From an uncultured delta proteobacterium (GTDB lineage Bacteria > Myxococcota > Myxococcia > Myxococcales > Anaeromyxobacteraceae): a DNA stretch of 64,000 nucleotides. Location: the NCBI GenBank assembly GCA_963766715.1, contig CAVYBH010000002.1, positions 222,732-286,731 of the forward strand, read 5' to 3'. Shown piece by piece: positions 9,618-18,876 of the stretch (within the stretch, counting starts at the first letter, position 1; the number at the start of each line of letters is the position of its first letter). A program made the position numbers and the translations under genes. The notes below the pieces were generated by a model. The model was not told the origin of the DNA. It searched no databases and was given only the letters and a program-made list of their open reading frames with translations.

Positions 9618-10328
9618 CTACCCGGCGGGCGACCCGGGCTCGCGCGGGCGGCGGAGGAGGTCACTGACCGTCACGAGCTCGAACCCGCGTGCGCGGAGCC
9701 CGGCGACGATGGCCGGGAGGGCCTCCGCCGTGCGGAAGCGGGGGTGGTTCATGTGCAGGACCACGATGGCGCCCGGGCGGGCGCTTCCCACCACGAAGTC
9801 GACCAGTCGCCGGCTCGAGATGCGCGGATCCGGGTCGCCGGAGGGGAGGTCGTACTCCACGGTGGTCAGGCCCAGGGAGGCCGCGACCTTCACCACCCGG
9901 GAGTCGAGCTCGCCGTAGGGCGCCCGGAAGAGCGTCGGCCGCCGCCCGGTCACCTTCGCGATCTCCTCCCCGGCGCGCACGAGCTCGCCGCGGATGCCGT
10001 CCTCGGTGAGCCGCGTCAGGTGAGGGTGGTGGAAGGAGTGGTTCGCGATCTCGAAGAGCGGGTCGCGGGCGAGGTCGCCGAGCGCGCTGCGCTCCCGCTC
10101 CGCCCAGCCGCCCCCCACGAAGAGCGTCGCGGGCACGCGAAGGGAGCGGAGGATGGCGGGGATCCGGGCGTCGTACGGGTCCGGCTCGCGGGTCGTCGTG
10201 CAAGCGTCGAAGGTCAGGGCCACCTGGTGGCCGGTACGGGGGCCGTGGTCCACGACGCCGGCGGAGGCGGTGGTCAGGACGACGGCGAGCAGGGCGACGA
10301 TCACGGAGAATGGACGTTTGCCTCGCAT
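9618..10328 (-). CDS. Polysaccharide deacetylase (NodB/CE4)
   Basis: VALTFDAC, NHSFHHP, FRAPYG and IVVLHM motifs. Confidence 0.9.
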   Translation of the reverse strand: MRGKRPFSVIVALLAVVLTTASAGVVDHGPRTGHQVALTFDACTTTREPDPYDARIPAILRSLRVPATLFVGGGWAERERSALGDLARDPLFEIANHSFHHPHLTRLTEDGIRGELVRAGEEIAKVTGRRPTLFRAPYGELDSRVVKVAASLGLTTVEYDLPSGDPDPRISSRRLVDFVVGSARPGAIVVLHMNHPRFRTAEALPAIVAGLRARGFELVTVSDLLRRPREPGSPAG

Positions 10329-10379
10329 CCGTTATTCATGGTCAGGTCCGTCAGCCGCTACCCGGATCGGAGATCCCGC

Positions 10380-10988
10380 ATGACCAAGCTGGTCTTTTCC
10401 CTCGTCGCCCTTCTCGCCGCCCCGATCGTCCAGGCGCAGGCCACGTCAGCTGCTCCTTCGAGCCGGACCCCGATCGAGATGAGCGCCACCGGCACGCCCG
10501 GCAAGGCGACGGCATCGCATACGGTCCGGGGCACCGGGACCGTCGCGGCCGTCGACGTCCCGGGGCGCACCATCACGCTGCAGAACAAGTCCGGCGCGAA
10601 GAAGACCTTCAAGGTCGGGCCCGAGGCGAAGCGGCTCGACGAGATCGCCGTGGGCGACCAGATCACGGTCGAGTTCGACCAGGAGCTCACGCTCGAGTAC
10701 CTGCCTCCAGGGTCCGACACGGCTCCGTCCACGGCGACCGCGACGAGCAAGCGCGCCGACAAGGATCAGGAACCCGGAGGGGCGACCGCGGCCGGCGTGA
10801 CGGCCACCGTGACCGTCACCGACATCGACCCGGGCAAGCGGCTGGTGACGCTCCAGGGACCCAAGGGCAAGAGCTTCCAGGTGAAGGCCGGTCCCAAGAT
10901 CCACCTGGAGAAGCTGAAGGTGGGCGACAGGCTCCTCGGAACGTACGTCGAGGCCGTCGCCATCCAGCTGGAGAAGCCGAAGAAGTAG
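10380..10988 (+). CDS. Secreted protein with two repeated small beta (OB-like) domains
   Basis: Signal peptide; repeat TV..(V/I)D...R.(I/V)TL....G....F.V......L......VGD. Confidence 0.7.
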   Translation: MTKLVFSLVALLAAPIVQAQATSAAPSSRTPIEMSATGTPGKATASHTVRGTGTVAAVDVPGRTITLQNKSGAKKTFKVGPEAKRLDEIAVGDQITVEFDQELTLEYLPPGSDTAPSTATATSKRADKDQEPGGATAAGVTATVTVTDIDPGKRLVTLQGPKGKSFQVKAGPKIHLEKLKVGDRLLGTYVEAVAIQLEKPKK

Positions 10989-10995
10989 GCGCGCC

Positions 10996-11244
10996 TCAGG
11001 ACCGCGTGCTCTCCGCGGGCGCCGCCTGCGGGGAGGCCGGGGCAGGGGCAGCCTGCGCCGGCGCGGGCAGGTCCGGCCTCGCGGCCACCGCGGGCGCGGG
11101 AGCGTCGTCGCTCCCGTCGGTCGCCTTCCTGAAGCTCCGGATGCCCTTGCCGAGGGCGTCGCCGAGCTGGGGCAGCTTGGACGGTCCGAAGATCAGCAGC
11201 GCGACGATGAGGATGAGGACGATCTCGCCGAATCCGAGTCTCAT
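10996..11244 (-). CDS. tatA: Twin-arginine translocase subunit TatA/TatE
   Basis: MRLGFGEIVLILIVALLIFGPSKLPQLGDALGKGIRSFRKA. Confidence 0.93.
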   Translation of the reverse strand: MRLGFGEIVLILIVALLIFGPSKLPQLGDALGKGIRSFRKATDGSDDAPAPAVAARPDLPAPAQAAPAPASPQAAPAESTRS

Positions 11245-11402
11245 TTGTGCTCCTCGAGGCAGTGGAGAGCCGCCGGCCCTCCCGGTGGATGGGGTGGGCA
11301 TCCCGGGCGGTGAGCGCCCGTCCCGCCGTCGCGGGACGCCCGCCCCGCCGGGGCGTGCCCACCGTTCAGGCGTGGAGGGGGGGCCTTCACGCGAGGTGCG
11401 CC

Positions 11403-11588
11403 ATGAAGATGGGTCCGCCGCCGACAGGGACACCGGAAGCCTGGGAGATCGACGACCTCGCCCGGCTCCGGCAGGTCCGCGAGGAACTCGAGCACGAGTA
11501 CCTGAGGATCCCCGAGGGGGCCTACAGGCGTCAGTACGACGGGCACGTCCCCAGCCTGGACGAGCGATCGCGAAGGGGCTCCGGCTGA
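11403..11588 (+). CDS. Microprotein family A, copy 2 (61 aa)
   Basis: Same GAGGTGCGCCATG start context as 5518; paralogous sequence. Confidence 0.8.
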   Translation: MKMGPPPTGTPEAWEIDDLARLRQVREELEHEYLRIPEGAYRRQYDGHVPSLDERSRRGSG

Positions 11589-11638
11589 CACGGACCCGGC
11601 GCGCCGGCCAGGCTCGTGTAAGGTGCTCGCTGCACCCA

Positions 11639-12634
11639 ATGGCGCGGCTCGACGAGAACCACCCCATCGCTGCCGTCCTCGCGGGCGCGCTCGATCGCTT
11701 CCGCGTCCGGCGCCAGCTCCCGGAGCTCGCCCCGGACGAGCGCCTCGATGGGAAGTTGGCCCTCGTCACCGGTGGCGCCTCGGGTCTCGGGTTCGCGACG
11801 TCCGTGGATCTGGCGCGTCGCGGCGCCCGGGTGCTCCTCGCCGACTGTCGCGACCTGGACGAGGCCCGTGGCCGGGCCGTCTCCCTCGGGGTTCCACCGG
11901 ACCGGGTCGAGACCCTCCCGATCGACCTCTCCGATCTCGCCTCGATCGACCGGGTGGCGGCCGACCTCGCCCGACGCGGCGCAAGGCTCGACCGGCTGGT
12001 CCTCAATGCCGCCATCGTCCCCACCTCGGCGCGGACGACGCCCCAGGGGCTCGACGAGATGTTCGTGGTCAACTACCTCTCGTCGTTCGCCTTGATCGCG
12101 CGCCTGCTCGACGGTGGCGTGCTGCCCCGGAACCGTCCCGACGGCGACGTACCGCGCGTCATCTTCGTGGCCTCCGAGGCTCACCGGTGGAGCGAGGACC
12201 TCGCGCTCGACCGGCTCGACCGCCCGCGGGACGGCTCTCCCCGGCGCGTGCTCGCCTGGTACGGCGCCTACAAGCTCATGCTGGCCACGTTCGCCTGGGA
12301 ACTCGGGCGACGGCTGCAGGTCGACGGGGCTCCCCGGGTGGCCGTGCACGCGCTCTGCCCCGGCGCGATGCGCACCCGCATCGCACGGGAGCTGCCGGCC
12401 CTGCTGCGCGCTCCCCTCGACGTCGTGATGCGCCTCTTCTTCCAGGATCCCTTCGTCGCCGACGAGCCGGTGCTCCACCTCGCCTGCAGCCGGGCGCTCG
12501 AGGGCCGCACCGCGATCTACCTGCACAAGATGGCGCCGAAGGAGGTCGACCCGAGAGCCGCCGACCGGGATGCGGGGAGGGCGCTCTGGGAGGCCAGCGA
12601 GGCCCTGCTGGCACGGGTGCGCGCCGGGCGTTGA
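11639..12634 (+). CDS. SDR oxidoreductase (retinol dehydrogenase/WWOX-like)
   Basis: TGGASGLG, LNAA and YGAYK motifs. Confidence 0.88.
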   Translation: MARLDENHPIAAVLAGALDRFRVRRQLPELAPDERLDGKLALVTGGASGLGFATSVDLARRGARVLLADCRDLDEARGRAVSLGVPPDRVETLPIDLSDLASIDRVAADLARRGARLDRLVLNAAIVPTSARTTPQGLDEMFVVNYLSSFALIARLLDGGVLPRNRPDGDVPRVIFVASEAHRWSEDLALDRLDRPRDGSPRRVLAWYGAYKLMLATFAWELGRRLQVDGAPRVAVHALCPGAMRTRIARELPALLRAPLDVVMRLFFQDPFVADEPVLHLACSRALEGRTAIYLHKMAPKEVDPRAADRDAGRALWEASEALLARVRAGR

Positions 12635-12691
12635 CCGTTGCACCTACACTGGATACTTGCACCCTTTTCGTGTCCGTGGAATGAGGGACAG

Positions 12692-13093
12692 ATGAAGACC
12701 CTCCTCCTCGCCGCGGTCCTCGCCGTCGCCTCGATTCCCGCCCCCTCCGCCGCCCAGGTCTCGCTTCGGGTGGAGCTCGGCGTTCCGCTGCCCCCGAGCC
12801 CGACCCTGCTCGTGGTCCAGCCCGGAATCCAGGTGGTTGCGGGCTACCCGGAGGAGATCTTCTACGTGGGCAACTACTACTGGCTGCGACGCGAGGGCGG
12901 CTGGTACCGCTCCATCCACCCCAGGACGGGCTTCCTCGTCGTCGCTCCGGGTCGCGTTCCGCCCGGCCTGGTCCGTCTTCCGCCTGGTCACTACCGGAAC
13001 TACACCAAGGCCCAGGCGAAGGCCGACCGGGAGTCCTGGAAGGCCCAGAAGAAGGCTGCGAAGCACGCCTCCGGTTCCGGCCACGATCACTGA
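12692..13093 (+). CDS. Secreted aromatic/Pro-rich hypothetical protein
   Basis: RBS, signal peptide, IFYVGNYYWLRREGGWYRS...LPPGHY. Confidence 0.7.
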   Translation: MKTLLLAAVLAVASIPAPSAAQVSLRVELGVPLPPSPTLLVVQPGIQVVAGYPEEIFYVGNYYWLRREGGWYRSIHPRTGFLVVAPGRVPPGLVRLPPGHYRNYTKAQAKADRESWKAQKKAAKHASGSGHDH

Positions 13094-13114
13094 CCCGAGG
13101 CCGGGCGCCTCGTC

Positions 13115-13477
13115 CTAGGCGGCGAGGCGCTGGACGGTGTCGAGCACGTCCTCGAGGAGGTACGGCTTCCTGAGGATGGCCTCGACGTCGAGGGTGTCCT
13201 CGAAGGCCGAGACGACCACCACCGGGACCCTCGCCAGGTCGGGGTCCCTGAGCTGTGCGTCCCGGAACTCCCAGCCGTTCATGACCGGCATCATCAGGTC
13301 GAGGAGGATCACGTCCGGGCGCGTGGCCCGCGCCTCCGCGAGCGCGATCTTCCCGTCGCTCGCGGACGAGACCAGGTAGCCTTCGCTCGCCAGCAGCTCC
13401 ACGAGAAGCTCCCGGTTGTCCCGGTCGTCATCGACCACGAGCACCCGCCTGGCGGGCGATCGAATCGGCGTCTCCAT
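13115..13477 (-). CDS. Single-domain response regulator (CheY-like)
   Basis: VLVVDDD, LLDLMMPVMNG and LRKPY motifs. Confidence 0.92.
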   Translation of the reverse strand: METPIRSPARRVLVVDDDRDNRELLVELLASEGYLVSSASDGKIALAEARATRPDVILLDLMMPVMNGWEFRDAQLRDPDLARVPVVVVSAFEDTLDVEAILRKPYLLEDVLDTVQRLAA

Positions 13478-13637
13478 GGCGTCCTTGCCCCGTGTGGCCA
13501 TCTGGATGTCTCCTCCGGTGCTGCGGAAACCCGCTGCTGCCTGCTCGTCGAGCGGGCTTTCGGCGAGGACCGGTCCGGTAAATCGCCCCGTTGGCGGACG
13601 ACGAGTGGAATCTCTGCATCCGGCGCGCCATGGAGTG

Positions 13638-14309
13638 TCAGCCCTGGAGCGCGAGGGCGTTGATGGCCGGGTTCTCCAGCACCTTCGACGGAGCGCCGCG
13701 CCGGACGGCGACGAGCATCGCCTTGCCGACGTTCTCCGTCGTGGTCACCCATCGCGGGAAGAGCGCCTGCCACACCGGGTAGAGCGGCCCCAGCGCGGCA
13801 TAGAGCAGCGCGTACCATCGGGTCCGGGATCTCGCGCCGTGGAGCGGCTGGATGAAGGCCGGGCGGAACATGTAGGCCGTCCGGAAGGGAAGCCGCAGGA
13901 GCGCGTTCTCGGTCTCGCCCTTCACCCGGGCCCACATGCTGCGTCCACGCTCCGTCGAGTCGGTTCCCGCCCCCGACACGTAGACGAAGGTCATCGCCGG
14001 ATTCAGCCGGGAGAGGAGGGTCGCCGCCGACAGCGCCAGGTCGTGGGTCACGCGGCGGTAGGAAGCCTCGTCCATCCCCGCGGAAGAGGCGCCGAGGCAG
14101 AAGAAGCAGGCGTCGTATCCGGTGAGCGCGGCGGCGTGGGGGGCGAGGTCGAGCAGGTCGGCGGCGACGAGCTCCTCGAGCTTCGGGTGATGCTGGCCGA
14201 CCGGGCGCCGGCCGACGGCGAGGACGCGCTCCACGTCCGGGGCGAGAAGGCACTCCCGCAGGACGCCCTGGCCCACCATGCCGGTGGCTCCGAACAGGAT
14301 GACCTTCAT
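13638..14309 (-). CDS. NAD(P)-binding epimerase/atypical SDR
   Basis: MKVILFGATGMVG Rossmann motif; DACFFCLG; VKGETEN. Confidence 0.88.
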   Translation of the reverse strand: MKVILFGATGMVGQGVLRECLLAPDVERVLAVGRRPVGQHHPKLEELVAADLLDLAPHAAALTGYDACFFCLGASSAGMDEASYRRVTHDLALSAATLLSRLNPAMTFVYVSGAGTDSTERGRSMWARVKGETENALLRLPFRTAYMFRPAFIQPLHGARSRTRWYALLYAALGPLYPVWQALFPRWVTTTENVGKAMLVAVRRGAPSKVLENPAINALALQG

Positions 14310-14311
14310 GG

Positions 14312-15136
14312 CTACCTGAACAGGATGCGACGGATGACCCCGTCGAAGGCGCGATCCGGCAGCAGGGCACGTCCCCAGAGGGCGGCCCTGGCCCCCGAGC
14401 CCATGGAATAGCGGGTCCGCGGCCGCCGGGCCGAGAGCGCCTTCACGATCGCGTCGGCCACCACGCGAGGGGGCGAGGCAGAAGCGTACGCGGCGCCCTC
14501 GAGGGTGCGCCCGAAGGCGAGCGCCTGCTCCTTGTAGGGCCCGGCGCCCGAGGTGGCGAGCAGGGACTCGCGGGCGATCCCGGACCACTCGGTGGCGATG
14601 GCGCCGGGCTCGATGATGACGACGTGAATGCCGAAGGGCGCGACCTCCATCCGCAGCGCATCGGAAAAGCCCTCCACCGCGTGCTTGGTGGCGTGGTACC
14701 AGCCGCCCAGCGGCGTGTAGATCTTCCCGCCGATGGAGGTGACGTTGAACACGTATCCGGACCGCTGCCTCCGCATGACGGGCAGCGCGAGCTGGGTCAC
14801 GCGGGCCAGCCCGAAGAGGTTCACCTCGAACTGGCGACGCGCCTCGGCCAGCGGGACCTCCTCGATCGACCCGTAGGAGCCGTAGCCGGCGTTGTTCACG
14901 AGGACGTCGAGGCGTCCCTCCCGCTCGAGGATGGATCCGACGCAGGACTCGATGGAGGCCTCGTCGGTCAGGTCGAGCGGCACGGCGTTCCCGCCGCGCG
15001 CCACGATGTCCTGCATGCGGTCGACCCGGCGCGCCGCCCCGTGGACGGCGTAGCCGCAATCGAGGAGCGCCAGGGCCACCTCCGTGCCGATCCCGGAGGA
15101 CGCTCCCGTCACCAGTGCCACCTTCTTGTCGTTCAT
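14312..15136 (-). CDS. SDR oxidoreductase
   Basis: TGASSGIG, NNAG and YHATK motifs. Confidence 0.92.
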   Translation of the reverse strand: MNDKKVALVTGASSGIGTEVALALLDCGYAVHGAARRVDRMQDIVARGGNAVPLDLTDEASIESCVGSILEREGRLDVLVNNAGYGSYGSIEEVPLAEARRQFEVNLFGLARVTQLALPVMRRQRSGYVFNVTSIGGKIYTPLGGWYHATKHAVEGFSDALRMEVAPFGIHVVIIEPGAIATEWSGIARESLLATSGAGPYKEQALAFGRTLEGAAYASASPPRVVADAIVKALSARRPRTRYSMGSGARAALWGRALLPDRAFDGVIRRILFR

Positions 15137-15183
15137 GACGATCTCCTCTTAGAAGCGCCGCGGCCGCCTGTCCCGCCCTTGCG

Positions 15184-16455
15184 CTACCGGGCGGGTGACC
15201 GCCCCCCCGTGTGGGTGCTCGCCACGGCGGCGAGCGCCAGGCCCGCGGAGCAGGAGACCCAGACCCCCGGCATGGCCCGGTTCCCGGTGACGTGGATGAG
15301 CCAGGTGTCGAAGGCGGGCGTGAACCCGCCGAACACGGCCGTGGCGAGGCTGTAGGCAAGCGAGAACCCGGCGGTCCGCACCTCCAGGGGCATGATCTCC
15401 GTGAGGTACACGATCATCGCGCCGTTGTAGCTCCCGTACAGGAAGGAGAGCCACAGCTCGACGGCGAGAAGCCTGCCGAGGCTTGGCGAAGCCACCAGCC
15501 AGGCCATGGCGGGATAGGCGGTCGCGATGGCGAGGGCGGTGGCGGCCACGAGCAAGGGCCGCCGTCCGACCCGATCCGACGCGGCGCCCATGACCGGGAG
15601 CCAGAAGAGGTTCGAGAGACCGACGCACAGGGTGACGACGAGGGCGTCGCCACCGTCGAGGTGGAGGACCTCCTTTCCGAACGTCGGCGTGAATGCGGTG
15701 ATCGTGTAGAAGGTCACCGTCGTCATGGCCACGAGCGCCATGCCCAGGAGGACGATCCTCCAGCTTCCGAGGAGCGTCCGGAGGATCTGCGACGTCGAGG
15801 GCCTGCGAGGCCTGCCCAGGAACTCCTCGGTCTCCTGGAGCGAGCGCCGGATGACGAAGAGGAGCGGGACGAGCGTGCAGCCCACGAGCAGCGGTACGCG
15901 CCAGCCCCAGTCGGCCATCTGCTCCGGACGAAGCCAGGTGCTGAGCAGCACGCCGAGGAACGCGGCGAAGACGACCGCCACCTGCTGGCTCGCCGACTGC
16001 CAGCTGACGTAGAAGCCCTTGTTCCCGGGCGTCGCGATCTCGGACAGGTAGACCGAGACGCCCCCCAGCTCCGCCCCCGCCGAGATGCCCTGCACGAGGC
16101 GTCCCAGGACCACCAGGATCGGCGCCGCCAGCCCCAGCGTTTCGTAGCCCGGCGTGACCGCGATCGAGAGCGTCCCGATCGCCATCAGACCCAGCGTGAC
16201 GAGGAGCCCGCGCCTGCGCCCGTGCCGATCGATGTACGCGCCGAGCAGGACCGCCCCCAGGGGGCGCATGAGGAAGCCGGCGCCGAACGTCATGAGCGAC
16301 AGCATCAGCGACGCGAACTCGTCGTGGCTCGGGAAGTACGCCCGCGCGATGGCGGACGCGTAGTACCCGAACACCATGAAGTCGAACATCTCCAGGAAGT
16401 TGCCGCTGGCGACCTGGACGACGGCGCGGAGCTTCCCGGAGCGATCCTGGGGCAT
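15184..16455 (-). CDS. MFS metabolite:H+ symporter (CitA/TcuC-like)
   Basis: SGNFLEMFDFMVFGYYA, GFLMRPLG, GAELGGVSVYLSE. Confidence 0.88.
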   Translation of the reverse strand: MPQDRSGKLRAVVQVASGNFLEMFDFMVFGYYASAIARAYFPSHDEFASLMLSLMTFGAGFLMRPLGAVLLGAYIDRHGRRRGLLVTLGLMAIGTLSIAVTPGYETLGLAAPILVVLGRLVQGISAGAELGGVSVYLSEIATPGNKGFYVSWQSASQQVAVVFAAFLGVLLSTWLRPEQMADWGWRVPLLVGCTLVPLLFVIRRSLQETEEFLGRPRRPSTSQILRTLLGSWRIVLLGMALVAMTTVTFYTITAFTPTFGKEVLHLDGGDALVVTLCVGLSNLFWLPVMGAASDRVGRRPLLVAATALAIATAYPAMAWLVASPSLGRLLAVELWLSFLYGSYNGAMIVYLTEIMPLEVRTAGFSLAYSLATAVFGGFTPAFDTWLIHVTGNRAMPGVWVSCSAGLALAAVASTHTGGRSPAR

Positions 16456-16542
16456 CGTCGTCACCGCGCTCCTCCTCGCGTCGTGCAGCCTGGGACGCAA
16501 AACATGGCACGTCGCGCCCACGTCGGTATATCGCCCCGAACC

Positions 16543-17820
16543 GTGACCGGCCCACGACGTCCCGACGCGACCCCGAGCGGCAAGGCCGGACTCCTTGCCA
16601 TGGCGCTCGTGTCGCTCGCCTGCTTCGGGAACTACTACGTCTACGACTCGATCGGCCCGGTCGCCGACCTGCTCCAGCGCCAGCTCGGCTTCAGCGACAC
16701 GCAGATCGGTACGCTGAACGCGATCTACAGCATTCCCAACGTCGTGCTGATCCTGGTCGGCGGGATCCTCGTCGACCGGCTCGGGGCGGGCCGCACGATG
16801 GCCTGGACGGCCGCCATCTGCTTCCTCGGGGCGCTCCTGACGGCCGCCAGCCCGAGCTTCGTCGTGATGGCGGCGGGCCGGCTGCTGTACGGCGTCGGAG
16901 CCGAGACCTTCAACATCGCGACGCTCGCCGCGGTCACCGTCTTCTTCCCGCGACGCCACACGGCCCTGATGATGGGCCTCACCATCGGCGTCGGACGGGC
17001 GGGATCCTGGGTGGCCGATCTCTCCCCGACGATCTGGAGGGGGTTCTACGCGGGAGGATGGCAGCCCCCGCTCGTGCTGGCGGCGGCCATCGCGGCGACC
17101 AGCCTCGTCGCGAGCGCTGCGTACTGGCTGATCGAGCGACGGAACGCGGGCGACGGAAAGGCGGAGGTCCAGTCCCAGCCGTTCGCGTGGCGGGACGCAC
17201 TCGGCTTCGGCAGCGCCTACTGGTACCTCCTCGTGCTCTGCGTGCTCTGGTACGGCGTGATCCTCGCGTTCCGCAGCACCTTCGCCATCAAGTACTTCCA
17301 GCAGGTGCACGGCCTCTCGCTGGAGGACGCGGGCCAGATCAACGCGCACGTCTTCCTGGCCGCGCTCTTCGCAACCCCTGCGCTGGGCTGGCTCTGCGAC
17401 CGGCTCGGCAGGTATGCGGGGCTGCTCGCCCTGGGAGCCGGGCTGCTCCCGATCTCGCTCGCCATCATGGCCTCCGGCAACGGCGGGATCGGCTTCGCCA
17501 GCGTTCTCATCGGGATCTCGTTCTCGCTGGTCCCCGCCGCCATGTGGCCCCTGACCTCCCGGCTCGTCGAGCCAGGCCGATTCGGCACCGCCATCGGGCT
17601 GATGTGGGTGGTGCAGAACGCGGGAATCGCCGGGGCGAACCTCGTGGCGGGCTGGCTGAACGACCGCGCCGGCGCCGGCCCGATGAACCCGGCCGGCTAC
17701 GCGCCGATGATGCGGTTCTTCATCCTCCTGAGCACCGTGGGCTTCGGGTTCGCGGTGCTCCTCTGGTTGCGGACCCGGGACAGGCCGGCGGCGCCGGTCG
17801 TCGCTCCGGTCGCACCCTGA
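16543..17820 (+). CDS. MFS transporter, MFSD1-like
   Basis: About 12 TM helices; FGNYYVYDSI...IYSIPNVVL..GGILVDRLG. Confidence 0.82.
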   Translation: MTGPRRPDATPSGKAGLLAMALVSLACFGNYYVYDSIGPVADLLQRQLGFSDTQIGTLNAIYSIPNVVLILVGGILVDRLGAGRTMAWTAAICFLGALLTAASPSFVVMAAGRLLYGVGAETFNIATLAAVTVFFPRRHTALMMGLTIGVGRAGSWVADLSPTIWRGFYAGGWQPPLVLAAAIAATSLVASAAYWLIERRNAGDGKAEVQSQPFAWRDALGFGSAYWYLLVLCVLWYGVILAFRSTFAIKYFQQVHGLSLEDAGQINAHVFLAALFATPALGWLCDRLGRYAGLLALGAGLLPISLAIMASGNGGIGFASVLIGISFSLVPAAMWPLTSRLVEPGRFGTAIGLMWVVQNAGIAGANLVAGWLNDRAGAGPMNPAGYAPMMRFFILLSTVGFGFAVLLWLRTRDRPAAPVVAPVAP

Positions 17821-17852
17821 CGCGGGATTCGATACCTTCACCGGGGGCGTAC

Positions 17853-18863
17853 ATGAGCGCGCAGGCAGCCATCGCCGGGCTTCTCCTCCTCCTCGCCGCC
17901 CCGGTGGTCGCGGAGGCGCCTCCAGCCGGCGCGCCCGCCTACGACGCCGAGGGCACTGCCTTCCCGTACCCCTGGCCGGTCCACTTCTTCGAGTTCGAGA
18001 GCCAGCGCCAGCGACTGCGCATGGCGTACCTCGACGTCGCTCCCGCGGAAGGGAAGGGGAACGGGCAGGTCGTGCTCCTCCTGCACGGCAAGAACTTCAA
18101 CGCGAGCGACTGGGAAACCACCATCACGTCGCTCACCCGCGCCGGGTTTCGATGCATCGCGCCCGACCAGATCGGTTTCGGGCGCTCGAGCAAGCCCGCC
18201 GCCTACCAGTTCTCCTTCACCCAGCTCGCCGCCAGCACGCGAGCCCTCCTGGCCTCGCTGGGGGTGGCGCGCACCATCGTCGTCGGCCACTCGATGGGCG
18301 GGATGCTCGCCGTGACCTACGCGGTCGAGTACCCGGGGGCGACCGAGAAGCTGGTGCTGGTGAATCCCATCGGGCTCGAGGACTACGCCGCGCTCGTCCC
18401 GCCGCGCACCGTGGACGAGTGGTACCGGGCGGAGCTGAAGGCGACGCCCGAATCGGTGCGCGAGTACCAGCGCAACGCCTACTACGCAGGCGCGTGGAAG
18501 CCGGAGTACGAAGCGCATACCCGCCTTCTCGCCGGATGGACGCGCTCGCCGGACTGGCCGCAGGTGGCCTGGGACGCGGCGCTCACCACCGACATGATCT
18601 TCACGCAGCCGATCGTGCCGAAGCTGGCGCGGATCCAGGTCCCCACGCTGATCGTCATCGGCACGCGCGATCGGACGGCGCCGGGGAAGGCCTTCGCCCC
18701 GCCGGACGTGCAGAAGACGATGGGAGATTACGAGAGGCTCGGGAAGCTCACGCAGGAGAGGATTCCAGGTTCCAGGCTGGCCGAGATTCCCGGCGTGGGG
18801 CACGTCCCCCAGGTCGAGGCGTTCCCGATCTTCGAGAAGACGTTGCTGGGGTTCCTGCGGTAG
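17853..18863 (+). CDS. Secreted alpha/beta hydrolase
   Basis: Signal peptide; LLHGKNF, DQIGFGRS, GHSMGG, GHVPQ. Confidence 0.9.
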   Translation: MSAQAAIAGLLLLLAAPVVAEAPPAGAPAYDAEGTAFPYPWPVHFFEFESQRQRLRMAYLDVAPAEGKGNGQVVLLLHGKNFNASDWETTITSLTRAGFRCIAPDQIGFGRSSKPAAYQFSFTQLAASTRALLASLGVARTIVVGHSMGGMLAVTYAVEYPGATEKLVLVNPIGLEDYAALVPPRTVDEWYRAELKATPESVREYQRNAYYAGAWKPEYEAHTRLLAGWTRSPDWPQVAWDAALTTDMIFTQPIVPKLARIQVPTLIVIGTRDRTAPGKAFAPPDVQKTMGDYERLGKLTQERIPGSRLAEIPGVGHVPQVEAFPIFEKTLLGFLR

Positions 18864-18876
18864 CGTGAGGTACGCC

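Noticed and set aside
15211..17841. Very long ORFs of 869 and 885 aa on opposite strands
   Set aside because: Each is one real MFS gene plus the stop-free antisense shadow of the other, a high-GC artefact that affects many ORFs in the track.
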